15,008 bases of DNA from Campylobacterota bacterium (GCA_034661055.1 JAYEKO010000049.1:1-15008), one strand, 5' to 3'. Shown: positions 1-8,878, counted from the stretch's first letter. Program-made: numbers and translations. The notes: generated by a model not told the origin, from the letters alone.

Positions 1-114
1 ATAAATAAGAGCGACTGGATTGTAAACGTTAATTTTCCTATCCATTTTGAACGTGAAGGAAATCTTATTAAATCATCATTTACACTTAAGATATTTTCAA
101 CCCTTCAGGAGTAG
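1..114 (+). CDS. 3' end of a gene running in from the left edge (hypothetical protein, partial)
   Basis: Frame +1 is open from base 1 to TAG at 112-114: INKSDWIVNVNFPIHFEREGNLIKSSFTLKIFSTLQE*. It converges on tilS and overlaps its last 18 nt. Too short to assign a function. Confidence 0.6.
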   Translation: MNKSDWIVNVNFPIHFEREGNLIKSSFTLKIFSTLQE

Positions 115-1098
115 TTCTACGGTCTGAAAACTCTCTACATTTTCGTAGAGATACCCACGTAATTTTGGTTCAATTCTTAAGACTCTACATCGCTCTTTAA
201 ACACTTTATCCATCACTGTTTTAACATAAGGTGCTATAAAACAGTAAGAGGAATTAATATTAACTACAAAACGTCTTCCTATAACAACTGTGTTGCGATC
301 TTTAAGTAAAATTTTCTCACTCTGATGCATTAAGTAGCCGCATCTTTTTAATGTTTTGTCTATCTCTATGAGTGTGGAGCGACGATTTGTGGCAGTTTTA
401 AAATAGAACAACTCATTTACATGTAAAACCTCTGAAGGCTCATAAAATGAATTTAGATCCTCTTGCAAAAACTCAAAGCTCTTAGCAATAGCATCTGAAT
501 GCTCTTTAATTATTGGTGAGGCGTAATCTTCTCTAAAGCGGTTGCGTTTAAACTTAGTATTGTTATTACTCTCATCTAGAAAGTAGATAATACTGTTACT
601 GTTGAGGTAGCTTAAAATATCTTCACTATTTACATGTAAAATGGGGCGGACAATGTTGTAGTTATTATGCGCAGTAATACTCTGCATTCCTAAAAGTTCA
701 TTTAGACCAGCTCCTTTACATAGTTGCATTAAGAACCATTCTAGCCGGTCATTGAGCTGATGAGCTGTAATTAAATTGCTATAGCTCTGCTCTTTCATAA
801 TTTCATCAAAAAAACTGTAACGTAAATTTCGTGCATTATGTTCAAAATTAGAAGATTGAAGCGTTATGCTTTGAATATAACACTTTTTATTGTGTTGTCT
901 GCTTAAGCTTTTGGCGTAGTGCTCTTCATCGTAGCTCTGAACTCTAGTATTGTAATTTACATGTATAATATCAAAAGTGATATTCTCATTTAAAAGTAGG
1001 TGAAAAAGAGCAGCTGAATCGGTGCCTCCTGAAAAGGCTAAAAGATTTTCACCCTCTTTTAAAAGCTCAAGAGTCTCACTACTTAATGACACAGGCAA
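97..1098 (-). CDS. tilS: tRNA(Ile)-lysidine synthetase TilS (short Campylobacterota form, ~333 aa)
   Basis: PP-loop LAFSGGTDS, HVNY, ARNLRYSFF, TAHQLNDRLEWFLMQL, RPIL and DESN..KFKRNRFR motifs. The listed ORF start (1230) lies deep inside rimO. The likely start is TTG at 1098, with AGGAG 9 nt upstream, or GTG at 1092, overlapping the rimO 3' end. Confidence 0.93.
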   Translation of the reverse strand: MPVSLSSETLELLKEGENLLAFSGGTDSAALFHLLLNENITFDIIHVNYNTRVQSYDEEHYAKSLSRQHNKKCYIQSITLQSSNFEHNARNLRYSFFDEIMKEQSYSNLITAHQLNDRLEWFLMQLCKGAGLNELLGMQSITAHNNYNIVRPILHVNSEDILSYLNSNSIIYFLDESNNNTKFKRNRFREDYASPIIKEHSDAIAKSFEFLQEDLNSFYEPSEVLHVNELFYFKTATNRRSTLIEIDKTLKRCGYLMHQSEKILLKDRNTVVIGRRFVVNINSSYCFIAPYVKTVMDKVFKERCRVLRIEPKLRGYLYENVESFQTVELLLKG

Positions 1099-2389
1099 GT
1101 AGCTTGTCTCCTGCAATGTCTGTAATGCGAGCTCTATAAATGACACCAAACTCAAGTTCACTCTCAAGTTCATGTTCATTAACATATATCTCACCATCAA
1201 TTTCAGGTGCCCAAAGTGTTTTTCGTGCACTTAAAAGGTACTCATGCTCATCACTCTCACTATCAATAATGAGCTCAACTTCTGTATTGACTTCAGCTTT
1301 TAGACTTCTCATAGTGACACTGCTAGCAATATCTCCTAGGGTCTGAGCACGAGAAGAAATCAATTCCTCATCAATTTTATTGCCCATGTCATAAGCTGAA
1401 GTAGTCTCTTCATCAGAGTAACTAAAGACATTGATTCTATCAAATCCAAAATTTTCTGCAAAATCACACATTTCACTGAACATAGCATCACTCTCTTGTG
1501 GATGACCTACAATGAAGCTGGTGCGTAAAAAACTATTGGGTAGGGCTCTCATCTGCTCTAAAAGTGCAATCGTCTTATTTTTACCAAATCCTCGTTTCAT
1601 CATACGCAGCATCTCATCATTAATATGCTGAATTGGCATATCAAAATAGTTGTGAAACATTTTAGAGTCACCAATGCATTTAATTAGTTTAGGGGTTGTC
1701 GTAGATGGATAGAGGTAGAGAATACGAGCACTTTTTACACCATCAATAAGCTCAATGCGTCTAATGAGGTGAACCAGACCATCAGGAATATTTTGATCAC
1801 GAAGATAGGAGCTTGAATCTTGGGAGACAAAACTAAAGTCATAGTAGCCTTTTGCTACAAGTCCCTCAACCTCACGAGCAATAGAGTCTAAGTCACGTGA
1901 ATTTAGCTTTCCTTTAAAAGAGGGAATGGCGCAGAAACTGCACTGCTGATTACACCCTTCTGAAAGTTTAATATATGCGTGATAACTTGAACCAGTAACG
2001 ATACGTTCTTCCCCATCAATAAGATAAACGTCATCACTAAAGCGACTCTGTTTAGCAGCTAAAAGCTCATCAATCTTATCGTAATCACCTACACCGGTAA
2101 AGATGTCAACCTCTTTAAGCTCCTTACTTAGCTCTTCTTGATATCGTTCTGAAAGACATCCTGCCATTACTAAAACAGAGTCCTCTTTTCTAGCATCATC
2201 AAGATTTATAACAGTGTTTAGTGACTCCTCTTTAGCGGCATCAATAAACCCACAGGTGTTGACAATAATAACATCAGCTTCAGCAGAGTCATTGGTTATC
2301 TCATAAAACTTCAGTCGTCCCATCATCACTTCAGTATCTACCAGGTTTTTTGTACAGCCTAGAGAGACAATATGTAGTTTTTTACTCAT
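1079..2389 (-). CDS. rimO: Ribosomal protein S12 methylthiotransferase RimO (radical SAM MTTase)
   Basis: N-terminal UPF0004 motifs SLGCTKNLVD, NTCGFI and AGC; radical SAM CxxxCxxC (CNQQCSFC-AIP); RimO-type LYLYP and C-terminal TRAM-like APEIDG. SD-like AAGGTG upstream of the ATG. Confidence 0.95.
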   Translation of the reverse strand: MSKKLHIVSLGCTKNLVDTEVMMGRLKFYEITNDSAEADVIIVNTCGFIDAAKEESLNTVINLDDARKEDSVLVMAGCLSERYQEELSKELKEVDIFTGVGDYDKIDELLAAKQSRFSDDVYLIDGEERIVTGSSYHAYIKLSEGCNQQCSFCAIPSFKGKLNSRDLDSIAREVEGLVAKGYYDFSFVSQDSSSYLRDQNIPDGLVHLIRRIELIDGVKSARILYLYPSTTTPKLIKCIGDSKMFHNYFDMPIQHINDEMLRMMKRGFGKNKTIALLEQMRALPNSFLRTSFIVGHPQESDAMFSEMCDFAENFGFDRINVFSYSDEETTSAYDMGNKIDEELISSRAQTLGDIASSVTMRSLKAEVNTEVELIIDSESDEHEYLLSARKTLWAPEIDGEIYVNEHELESELEFGVIYRARITDIAGDKLLACVIK

Positions 2390-2413
2390 TATTCACCTTC
2401 GTTTAATGATGAC

Positions 2414-2419
2414 ATTATA
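2414..2419 (-). promoter_or_regulatory. Putative sigma70 -10 box (TATAAT) for rimO-tilS
   Basis: ATTATA on + at 2414-2419 reads TATAAT on -, ~25 nt upstream of the rimO ATG in the 51-bp divergent spacer. Confidence 0.5.
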
Positions 2420-2440
2420 GCGTATGCGATAAGGTGTTGC

Positions 2441-3601
2441 ATGGAAAAAATATTTGATGTTCTTATTTTAGGTGCTGGTGCTAGTGGCTTGATGTGTGCT
2501 GGTGAACTGCAGCATAGCTCAAATTTACATGTAGCTCTTATTGAGGGTAGTGACAGACCTGCTCAAAAGTTGAAGATTTCAGGCGGTGGAAAGTGTAACA
2601 TCACTAATGTAAATGTTACTGCTGAGCATTTCTTAGGTGACGAATTGTTTATACAGAGTGTTTTAAAACAGTACGGCAAAGAAGAGTTGTTGAAGTTTTT
2701 ACATGTAAATGGAATTGAGCTTGAACTTCGTAAAGAGCGTTACTATTTCTGTAAAAAAAGTTCTAATGAAATAATTAGCCTACTGTTAAAACGTGCTAAA
2801 GGTACTGAGTTTTTTTACAAACATAAAGTTATATCTGCTAATTTTGAGAACAGTGTTTATAGTGTTACGACACAGAGCAAAACCTTTAAGACAAAAAAGC
2901 TTGTTATTGCAACTGGTGGAGAGAGTTTTAAAAATATTGGTGCTAGCGATATTGGTCTGAAAGTTGCTTCAAAATTTGAGCTTAGCAGTACCGTATTTAC
3001 TCCTGCACTAGTTGGTTTAACCGTTCAAAAAGAGCAGTTTTGGATGAAAGAGTTAAGCGGTGTTAGCTGCATGGTTAATATACATGTAAATTCCAAGACT
3101 ATTGAAGAGGAGTTGCTCTTTGCGCATAAAGGCATTAGTGGTCCGGCAGTTTTGAGCGCATCGCTTTACTGGAAAAAAGGGGAGCTCTGCATAGATTTCT
3201 TGCCTCACAACAATGTTGATGCAATTATAGAGAGTAGTAAAAAGTTAGTCTCAACTGCTATTCCTCTTTCAAAACGTTTTATGAAACTATTTTTAGAGCA
3301 TATTAATGTTAAAGATAAACCGTGTAATCGATTAAGTAGTGATGAGAAAAAGAAGTTGATGCGGTTAAAAAACTACTGTTTTTCACCAGCAGGCAATTTT
3401 GGATTCTCTAAGGCGGAGGTTAGTCGAGGTGGTGTCTGTACCAATGATTTACATGTAGAGTCATTAATGAGTAAAAAACAGGACGAACTCTATTTTATTG
3501 GTGAAGTTGTAGATGTAACTGGTGAGTTGGGTGGTTACAATTTTCAGTGGGCATTTAGCTCAGCCGTAGTGTGTGCCAAAGCAATTGTGGGTAAAAATTA
3601 A
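2441..3601 (+). CDS. HI0933/BaiN/YhiN-family FAD-dependent oxidoreductase
   Basis: Rossmann GAGASG, family signature KISGGGKCNITN, ATGG, LFAHKGISGP and C-terminal GEVVDVTGELGGYNFQWAFSS. Confidence 0.9.
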   Translation: MEKIFDVLILGAGASGLMCAGELQHSSNLHVALIEGSDRPAQKLKISGGGKCNITNVNVTAEHFLGDELFIQSVLKQYGKEELLKFLHVNGIELELRKERYYFCKKSSNEIISLLLKRAKGTEFFYKHKVISANFENSVYSVTTQSKTFKTKKLVIATGGESFKNIGASDIGLKVASKFELSSTVFTPALVGLTVQKEQFWMKELSGVSCMVNIHVNSKTIEEELLFAHKGISGPAVLSASLYWKKGELCIDFLPHNNVDAIIESSKKLVSTAIPLSKRFMKLFLEHINVKDKPCNRLSSDEKKKLMRLKNYCFSPAGNFGFSKAEVSRGGVCTNDLHVESLMSKKQDELYFIGEVVDVTGELGGYNFQWAFSSAVVCAKAIVGKN

Positions 3602-3622
3602 CATTTTGCTACAAACATCCGA

Positions 3623-3680
3623 TATAATGCCCCAGAGCTAATTTTTTTTAAAGCGGAGTTAAAAAATATTCGGTTATAAT
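3623..3680 (+). promoter_or_regulatory. Two putative -10 boxes (TATAAT at 3623-3628 and 3675-3680) upstream of the large lipoprotein gene
   Basis: Two perfect TATAAT hexamers in the 131-bp intergenic region, separated by T8 and A6 tracts. No canonical -35 was seen, which is usual for Campylobacterota. Confidence 0.5.
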
Positions 3681-3732
3681 CATTGCTAATCGTCAAACTT
3701 TTATAAAACTCCTCAAACAAGGGTGGAACAAC

Positions 3733-6700
3733 ATGTCATTACAAATTAAGTGGTCGTATCTATTTATACTATTTTTCTCGTTTTTTCTTTTAAGTGGGTG
3801 TGGGAGTGATAATTCCGAAGCCGGTTCACAGGCGCCAGGTGGTGTTAGTGGTTCTAGTAATATAAGCACTTTGGCTGTATCAGGTGGTGATATAACAGCA
3901 AGTAGCAATGGTGAGGGCGTTGCCATCCGTATTAAGGCTATGTCAAAAGATAATGTATTGGTATCTACAGGTAATATCATTGCTCAGTATTTAGACAATG
4001 ACAGTTTAAGTGGCGAACTTGTGCCATCAGTAGCACCAATTATAGATGGATTTGCAACATTCAACTATACTGCTCCAGCAGATATTCAAGCACAGATTGA
4101 TGCAGGTAATACAGGAACAAGCTTTAGGTTTTTTGATCAAAACAATACAAAGATATCTACTGACGTAGTTATTACATTTGATACATCAACTCAAACAGAT
4201 GGTGATAGTGATCCTATCTCAAAATTGATTTTGTCTGATACGCTAATAAAAGTATCAGCTTCTGATGACACAAAACGTATTACAATACGGGGTTTAAAGT
4301 CAGATAATACTTTGGTTAAGAATGGAAAAGTCATTATTAAGTATCCAAACACTGGTGGAGTTGATGTTGGTACTGTACCTAGTGAAGTGGAAATTATTGA
4401 TGGTATTGGGAGCTTTACATATATAGCACCATCAAATCTAGTTACTGCTAGTACCGTATCTCCAGTTTTATTTACAGTACAGGATATTACGAATTCAAGT
4501 GTGTCTGCTCAACTGACTGTATCTTTTTTAGATGCTACAGTTTCACCAACACTAAGTGTCAATAATGGACCAATAACCATTACGAAAGATGCACAAAGTA
4601 TTAAAGTAAATGTACTTGCAGTAGATTCAAGTGGTGTTCCACTTAAGTATGGAACAATAAAATTAGAATATCCATCTGGGACTAATATTGGGCACTTTGC
4701 ACAATCTGAGGCATTGATTGAAAATGGTATAGCAAGTTTTGACTATACAGGTCCAGATCCATTGGTCTCAAGAAGTGCTGTATCATTTACATTTGTATTT
4801 AAAGAGAACAGTGTAAGAAAAACAACATGGAATGTTAGCTTCAGTCCTGACACTCCTGCAGTGCCAGATCCAGATCCAATAATCTCTAGCATACTCCTTT
4901 CTGAAGCTGCTTTTACAGTTACTAACTCCCAAGAGACACGTAATGTTTTCGTTTATGCATTTAATTCTGATGGAGTTGGTGTCTCAGAAGGAGAGGTTGA
5001 AATTAAATATCCAAATACCGCTGTAACTGCAGGAGTTGATGCAGGATCCACTCCTGCAACGGTAACGATTACAGATGGTATAGGAAGCTTTACTTACACC
5101 GCACCATCAGACATCTCTAATGCAGTAACAATATCTCCCGCGACTTTTAGAGTCCAAAGTAGCGCTAACTCTTCAGTATATAAGAACTTTGCTGTTACCT
5201 ATGCACCGACAAGCGGTACATCGATCAACCCGACTATTAATATTCAAGGTGCAAATCCTTTAAGTATTAATACAGATGCTCAAGAGGTAGATATTACACT
5301 TTTAGTGGTCGATAGTAACAACAATAATCGTCCTTTAAGTGAGGGTACTATATTGGTAGAGTATCCTGCACAAGGTAATGTTGGTACATTTGCGCAATCT
5401 GAAGTGACTATTAGTAATGGGCAGGTAGTATTTAGTTACAAGGCACCAAATAATTTAGCAGACTTAATTGACTCGGGAGTTGATAATGCTAACTTTACGT
5501 TTGTCTATAAAGAGAACCAAATTAATCCTGAAGTGCTTAATATTAAGTTTGATCCAGATGCACCAGTGTCAGAAGATACCAATATTTACAATCTAAAGTA
5601 TTTTGGCCCTCAAACCATTATTATTTCAGAAAACTCACAGAGTGTTCCAATAGATATTTACGGTTTTGATGTAAACAATGCTCCAGTTCAGACAGGGACC
5701 GTTAGGGTTAAATATCCAAATGAGAATACTCAGACCAACATTGGTAATGTCTCACCTAGTTCTGAAGGTACCATAGAGAGTGGAAAAGTAACATTTACCT
5801 ATACCGGTCCATCAGATCTAAATAAAACTATGACTGACTTAAATGAAACAAAAAGTGTCATATATAGCTTTTGTGATGCAACACCAGACACTGACACTTG
5901 TGCTGATGTCAACTTGACGTTTGAACTTGACACAACAACACCACAACCAGACCTACAGGAGTATGAAATTGACTTTGGTGTGGGTACTGATAATACATTG
6001 AATCTAGAGTCATTGACTTCATTTACTGTTGTTCTTAAAACAGAAGCCGGAGAGACTGTTGATGCTTCTCGTATTAAAGATATTAATATTACAACAAAAC
6101 GTCCTACATTAGCAGAAGTTAAAGATATTAATGGAACAGTACACTCTCCAATGTATGAATTTGGTGCAAATAAGAACCCGGTAAATGCATATATTCAAAC
6201 CTATAAAATCTCTGGACTTGTTGACTTTGAAATTAGCATAGGTTTTAATGACACTGCTGGAGACTATAAAGTCGAAACTGAGATTAAAAGCGTTGTTATA
6301 TTCTCAGGACCTCCAACAACGCTTTCAATAACTAAAAATGGTTCAAGTAAAGATGCTAATGCTGGAGCATTTAAAGACGAGTTAGTTGTTCATGTTACAG
6401 ATCAATACAATAATCCTGTTAATACCAAACCAGAATTTACTGTTTCAGCAGTCATAGGGCCAACAAATGATCCTGCACACGCTAAAGATGAACATGATGG
6501 TGGAGGAGAAGGAGATTTTGGCTTTTTATATAATTTAAATGGAGTCGGTTCTATTAGTAGTTCTGGAAGCGGAGCTTCATTTACTACGACTGGGAATCAT
6601 GATTTTTCAGAAATTGACATAAATAATGATAAACTTATTACATTCACACCTACAGACAATGAATACAAGTATCCGGCACTTGGTGTATGGACAATCACTG

Positions 6701-7527
6701 CTGTAAATATAGCTACAAAGACGTTGACGCTTGAAGAAGATTACGCAGGTGATGTGGATCCGGCACAAAACTTACGTTATGTGATTGGACATAACTTTAG
6801 AGACAGTAGTTGTGCTAGTACTATTGGTCATTATAATGTTAGAGTCGCACCTGAAGGTGACCGTTTTCAGTTAGATGAAAATGGTACTGGTAAAGTCAAT
6901 CTTTTCTATGATTACCCTTTAGTAGGAGCTGATGTCTTTGTTGCAGCAAATATTTTAGGATACTCAAATGCTTCAGGAGAAGTAGTGCGTATTGGTAATG
7001 CATATAAACGTTACTTGACAGGTGTTGGAATTAAAGAGGTCCAGGAGATATCTTATACCGCTGTAGGTAGTGTTTATTGGGGTCATGGTTCAATTGCTGT
7101 TCATATTGAAGAGACAGGTTATAATATGCAGTATGGATATGCAAGTCCTCAGGCTAAAGTAGGAAGTAGAGGTTATATCAGTTTTAATACATTTTTAGGC
7201 TATATTGATGGTAACACAAGTAATACATCAGGTAGTAATCTAATGTATAGTAATGATACATCTTTTAATTCGGATGTTGTTGATTATTCAAATGCGTATT
7301 TCTTACATGATGGAATTAATGATAGCAGCAATCCACGCTATATAGATAATGATGTAACTAATAAAGCTCAAAGCAACTTAGAGTTTACACAAACTAATAA
7401 AAAAGATCATCAATATACTGGCTGCGACAATTCCGCAGAGTATGATGTCTATATTACAGCAAAAGAGGGCGAAGAAGTAACAGTAACAACTTACGTTCCA
7501 AACCTGTTCAGTTCAGAACTTAACTAA
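3733..7527 (+). CDS. Large surface lipoprotein with six tandem Ig-like (invasin/Big-type) repeats; putative adhesin
   Basis: Signal peptide II with lipobox LSG-C23, then a Gly/Ser tether (GSDNSEAGSQAPGGVSGSS). The composition is Thr/Ser/Val/Asn/Asp-rich and beta-like. Six repeats share G.(V/I)...YP..G....I..G...F.Y.(A/G)P, and a Big_1-like VTDQYNNPV motif occurs in the C-terminal half. Confidence 0.75.
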   Translation: MSLQIKWSYLFILFFSFFLLSGCGSDNSEAGSQAPGGVSGSSNISTLAVSGGDITASSNGEGVAIRIKAMSKDNVLVSTGNIIAQYLDNDSLSGELVPSVAPIIDGFATFNYTAPADIQAQIDAGNTGTSFRFFDQNNTKISTDVVITFDTSTQTDGDSDPISKLILSDTLIKVSASDDTKRITIRGLKSDNTLVKNGKVIIKYPNTGGVDVGTVPSEVEIIDGIGSFTYIAPSNLVTASTVSPVLFTVQDITNSSVSAQLTVSFLDATVSPTLSVNNGPITITKDAQSIKVNVLAVDSSGVPLKYGTIKLEYPSGTNIGHFAQSEALIENGIASFDYTGPDPLVSRSAVSFTFVFKENSVRKTTWNVSFSPDTPAVPDPDPIISSILLSEAAFTVTNSQETRNVFVYAFNSDGVGVSEGEVEIKYPNTAVTAGVDAGSTPATVTITDGIGSFTYTAPSDISNAVTISPATFRVQSSANSSVYKNFAVTYAPTSGTSINPTINIQGANPLSINTDAQEVDITLLVVDSNNNNRPLSEGTILVEYPAQGNVGTFAQSEVTISNGQVVFSYKAPNNLADLIDSGVDNANFTFVYKENQINPEVLNIKFDPDAPVSEDTNIYNLKYFGPQTIIISENSQSVPIDIYGFDVNNAPVQTGTVRVKYPNENTQTNIGNVSPSSEGTIESGKVTFTYTGPSDLNKTMTDLNETKSVIYSFCDATPDTDTCADVNLTFELDTTTPQPDLQEYEIDFGVGTDNTLNLESLTSFTVVLKTEAGETVDASRIKDINITTKRPTLAEVKDINGTVHSPMYEFGANKNPVNAYIQTYKISGLVDFEISIGFNDTAGDYKVETEIKSVVIFSGPPTTLSITKNGSSKDANAGAFKDELVVHVTDQYNNPVNTKPEFTVSAVIGPTNDPAHAKDEHDGGGEGDFGFLYNLNGVGSISSSGSGASFTTTGNHDFSEIDINNDKLITFTPTDNEYKYPALGVWTITAVNIATKTLTLEEDYAGDVDPAQNLRYVIGHNFRDSSCASTIGHYNVRVAPEGDRFQLDENGTGKVNLFYDYPLVGADVFVAANILGYSNASGEVVRIGNAYKRYLTGVGIKEVQEISYTAVGSVYWGHGSIAVHIEETGYNMQYGYASPQAKVGSRGYISFNTFLGYIDGNTSNTSGSNLMYSNDTSFNSDVVDYSNAYFLHDGINDSSNPRYIDNDVTNKAQSNLEFTQTNKKDHQYTGCDNSAEYDVYITAKEGEEVTVTTYVPNLFSSELN
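3868..5940 (+). repeat. Six degenerate intragenic tandem domain repeats (~324-363 nt period)
   Basis: Conserved cores begin at 4045 (DGFATFNYTAP), 4399 (DGIGSFTYIAP), 4723 (NGIASFDYTGP), 5074 (DGIGSFTYTAP), 5416 (NGQVVFSYKAP) and 5779 (SGKVTFTYTGP). Pro/Asp/Thr linkers lie between several units. Outer boundaries are approximate. Confidence 0.8.
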
Positions 7528-7541
7528 ACTAAGGAGAGAGA

Positions 7542-8114
7542 GTGAAAAAACTAGTCAAACTAATCAGCGTGCCACTGTTGGCACTGTCATTACAAGCAGG
7601 TGATTGGAATACTCAGTCATTAATAGGGATAGAAGGTGGTGCTGCATCTTTTGATTTAGAAAATAATATGGGGTTTGCAGATAATTCTCAAAGTCCAGGA
7701 TCTTTTGGTCTTAAAATAGGTGCTGAGGGGCAGTCATATCGAATTTTCTTAGGTGGCAGGTATTATAGTGTCAGTGATGAGTTTGATTACGCTAACTCTT
7801 TTGGTGTAGAAATGCAGTATCTGATTCGATTTAATTCAAATGCCAATATTTTTGCAGGTCTTAATGGCGGTGTTATGAACATGGAATTTAGCGATTCGCA
7901 AAACAGAACGAGAGAGGTTTCGAGAGGATATTTTGGCGGTGACTTAGGGGTTAATTTTACGCTTAGTCATAATTTTGATATTGAATTAGGTGTGCGCTAC
8001 ATGAACCTAAATATTGAGAATACAAAATATGAAGATGACGATACTGTAAACACCTATAGTATTGACAACATGACCAATGCATATGTGAGTTTGATTTACA
8101 AATTTAAAATATAG
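7542..8114 (+). CDS. Small outer-membrane beta-barrel protein (probably 8-stranded, OmpW/Ail/OmpA-TM-like)
   Basis: GTG start with strong SD AAGGAG; Sec signal peptide (MKKLVKLISVPLLALSLQA); alternating hydrophobic/Gly/aromatic strands (SLIGIEGG, FGLKIG, YRIFLG, FGVEMQY, IFAGLNGG, FGGDLGVNF, IELGVRY); terminal beta-signal-like AYVSLIYKF. Confidence 0.85.
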   Translation: MKKLVKLISVPLLALSLQAGDWNTQSLIGIEGGAASFDLENNMGFADNSQSPGSFGLKIGAEGQSYRIFLGGRYYSVSDEFDYANSFGVEMQYLIRFNSNANIFAGLNGGVMNMEFSDSQNRTREVSRGYFGGDLGVNFTLSHNFDIELGVRYMNLNIENTKYEDDDTVNTYSIDNMTNAYVSLIYKFKI

Positions 8115-8122
8115 AAAAAATC

Positions 8123-8878
8123 TTATGAGTGGATTTTTTTAATCTGCTCATACGCTGCATTAACCTCTTGCACTTTTTGTGTTGCTTCTTGCATATATGC
8201 TTCATCGGCACCTTGCGCTTTAACAATGTCTGGATGATACTGTTTTACCAATTTTCTGTAGGCTTTTTTAACATCACCGAGGGAACTATCTTTGCTAACT
8301 CCCAATAGTTTGTAGGCATCATCAATAGAGCTCTGAACATGACTGTTTTTATAGACATTTTTAAACTGCTCTATCATACTATGAAGAGTTGCTTCATCTA
8401 CATGTAAAAATGCTGCAAGTTTGTAGAGCATATTCTCTTCCGCATGAGAGAGACTCCCGTCAATAAAAGCAAGATTAATCCAAAACCCCAACATATCTCT
8501 TACTTTGCGTTCATCACCTCTAAGTGTAGCTCTTAGTGCATGTGCCTTCTCATCAAAATTAAATTTAATATCTTTTTCTTGATTAAAAATCTCTTTTAGG
8601 AGTGATTTAGCATGATCTTGATCTGGAAATACTCTACTAATGTCATTAAACATATTGCTGACAAGCTCTGCTTCAAGTTCATCTACACGTCCGTCTGCTT
8701 TTGCTAATTTTGCAGTAAGTGCTACAAAAAGACCAAGTTCATTTGTCTCTAAATGCTCTTTAGTAAGAACCATGTTCTTAAATTCTTGCCGATAATAGAC
8801 TTTTTCAAAACGTCTGTAGCTTTTGTATATTCGGTATAAAATATAGCCCACTATGGCATAGATTATTAAATTTCCCAT
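8123..8878 (-). CDS. djlA: DjlA-like membrane-anchored co-chaperone (TerB-like domain plus C-terminal J domain)
   Basis: N-terminal hydrophobic anchor; TerB-like [12 protein letters not shown] and [12 protein letters not shown] domain AYKLLGV...[15 protein letters not shown]...VNAAYEQIK. Confidence 0.8.
   Translation of the reverse strand: MGNLIIYAIVGYILYRIYKSYRRFEKVYYRQEFKNMVLTKEHLETNELGLFVALTAKLAKADGRVDELEAELVSNMFNDISRVFPDQDHAKSLLKEIFNQEKDIKFNFDEKAHALRATLRGDERKVRDMLGFWINLAFIDGSLSHAEENMLYKLAAFLHVDEATLHSMIEQFKNVYKNSHVQSSIDDAYKLLGVSKDSSLGDVKKAYRKLVKQYHPDIVKAQGADEAYMQEATQKVQEVNAAYEQIKKIHS

Noticed and set aside
1099..1230. 44-aa N-terminal extension of TilS in the ORF track
   Set aside because: It is an open alternative frame inside rimO. 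The TilS domain starts after it, and a TTG with a good SD lies at 1098.
1140..1346. 68-aa Ser-rich ORF on +
   Set aside because: Antisense shadow of rimO; no RBS or recognisable motif.
3693..3980. 95-aa ORF on -
   Set aside because: Antisense to the lipoprotein signal and tether region; no independent coding evidence.
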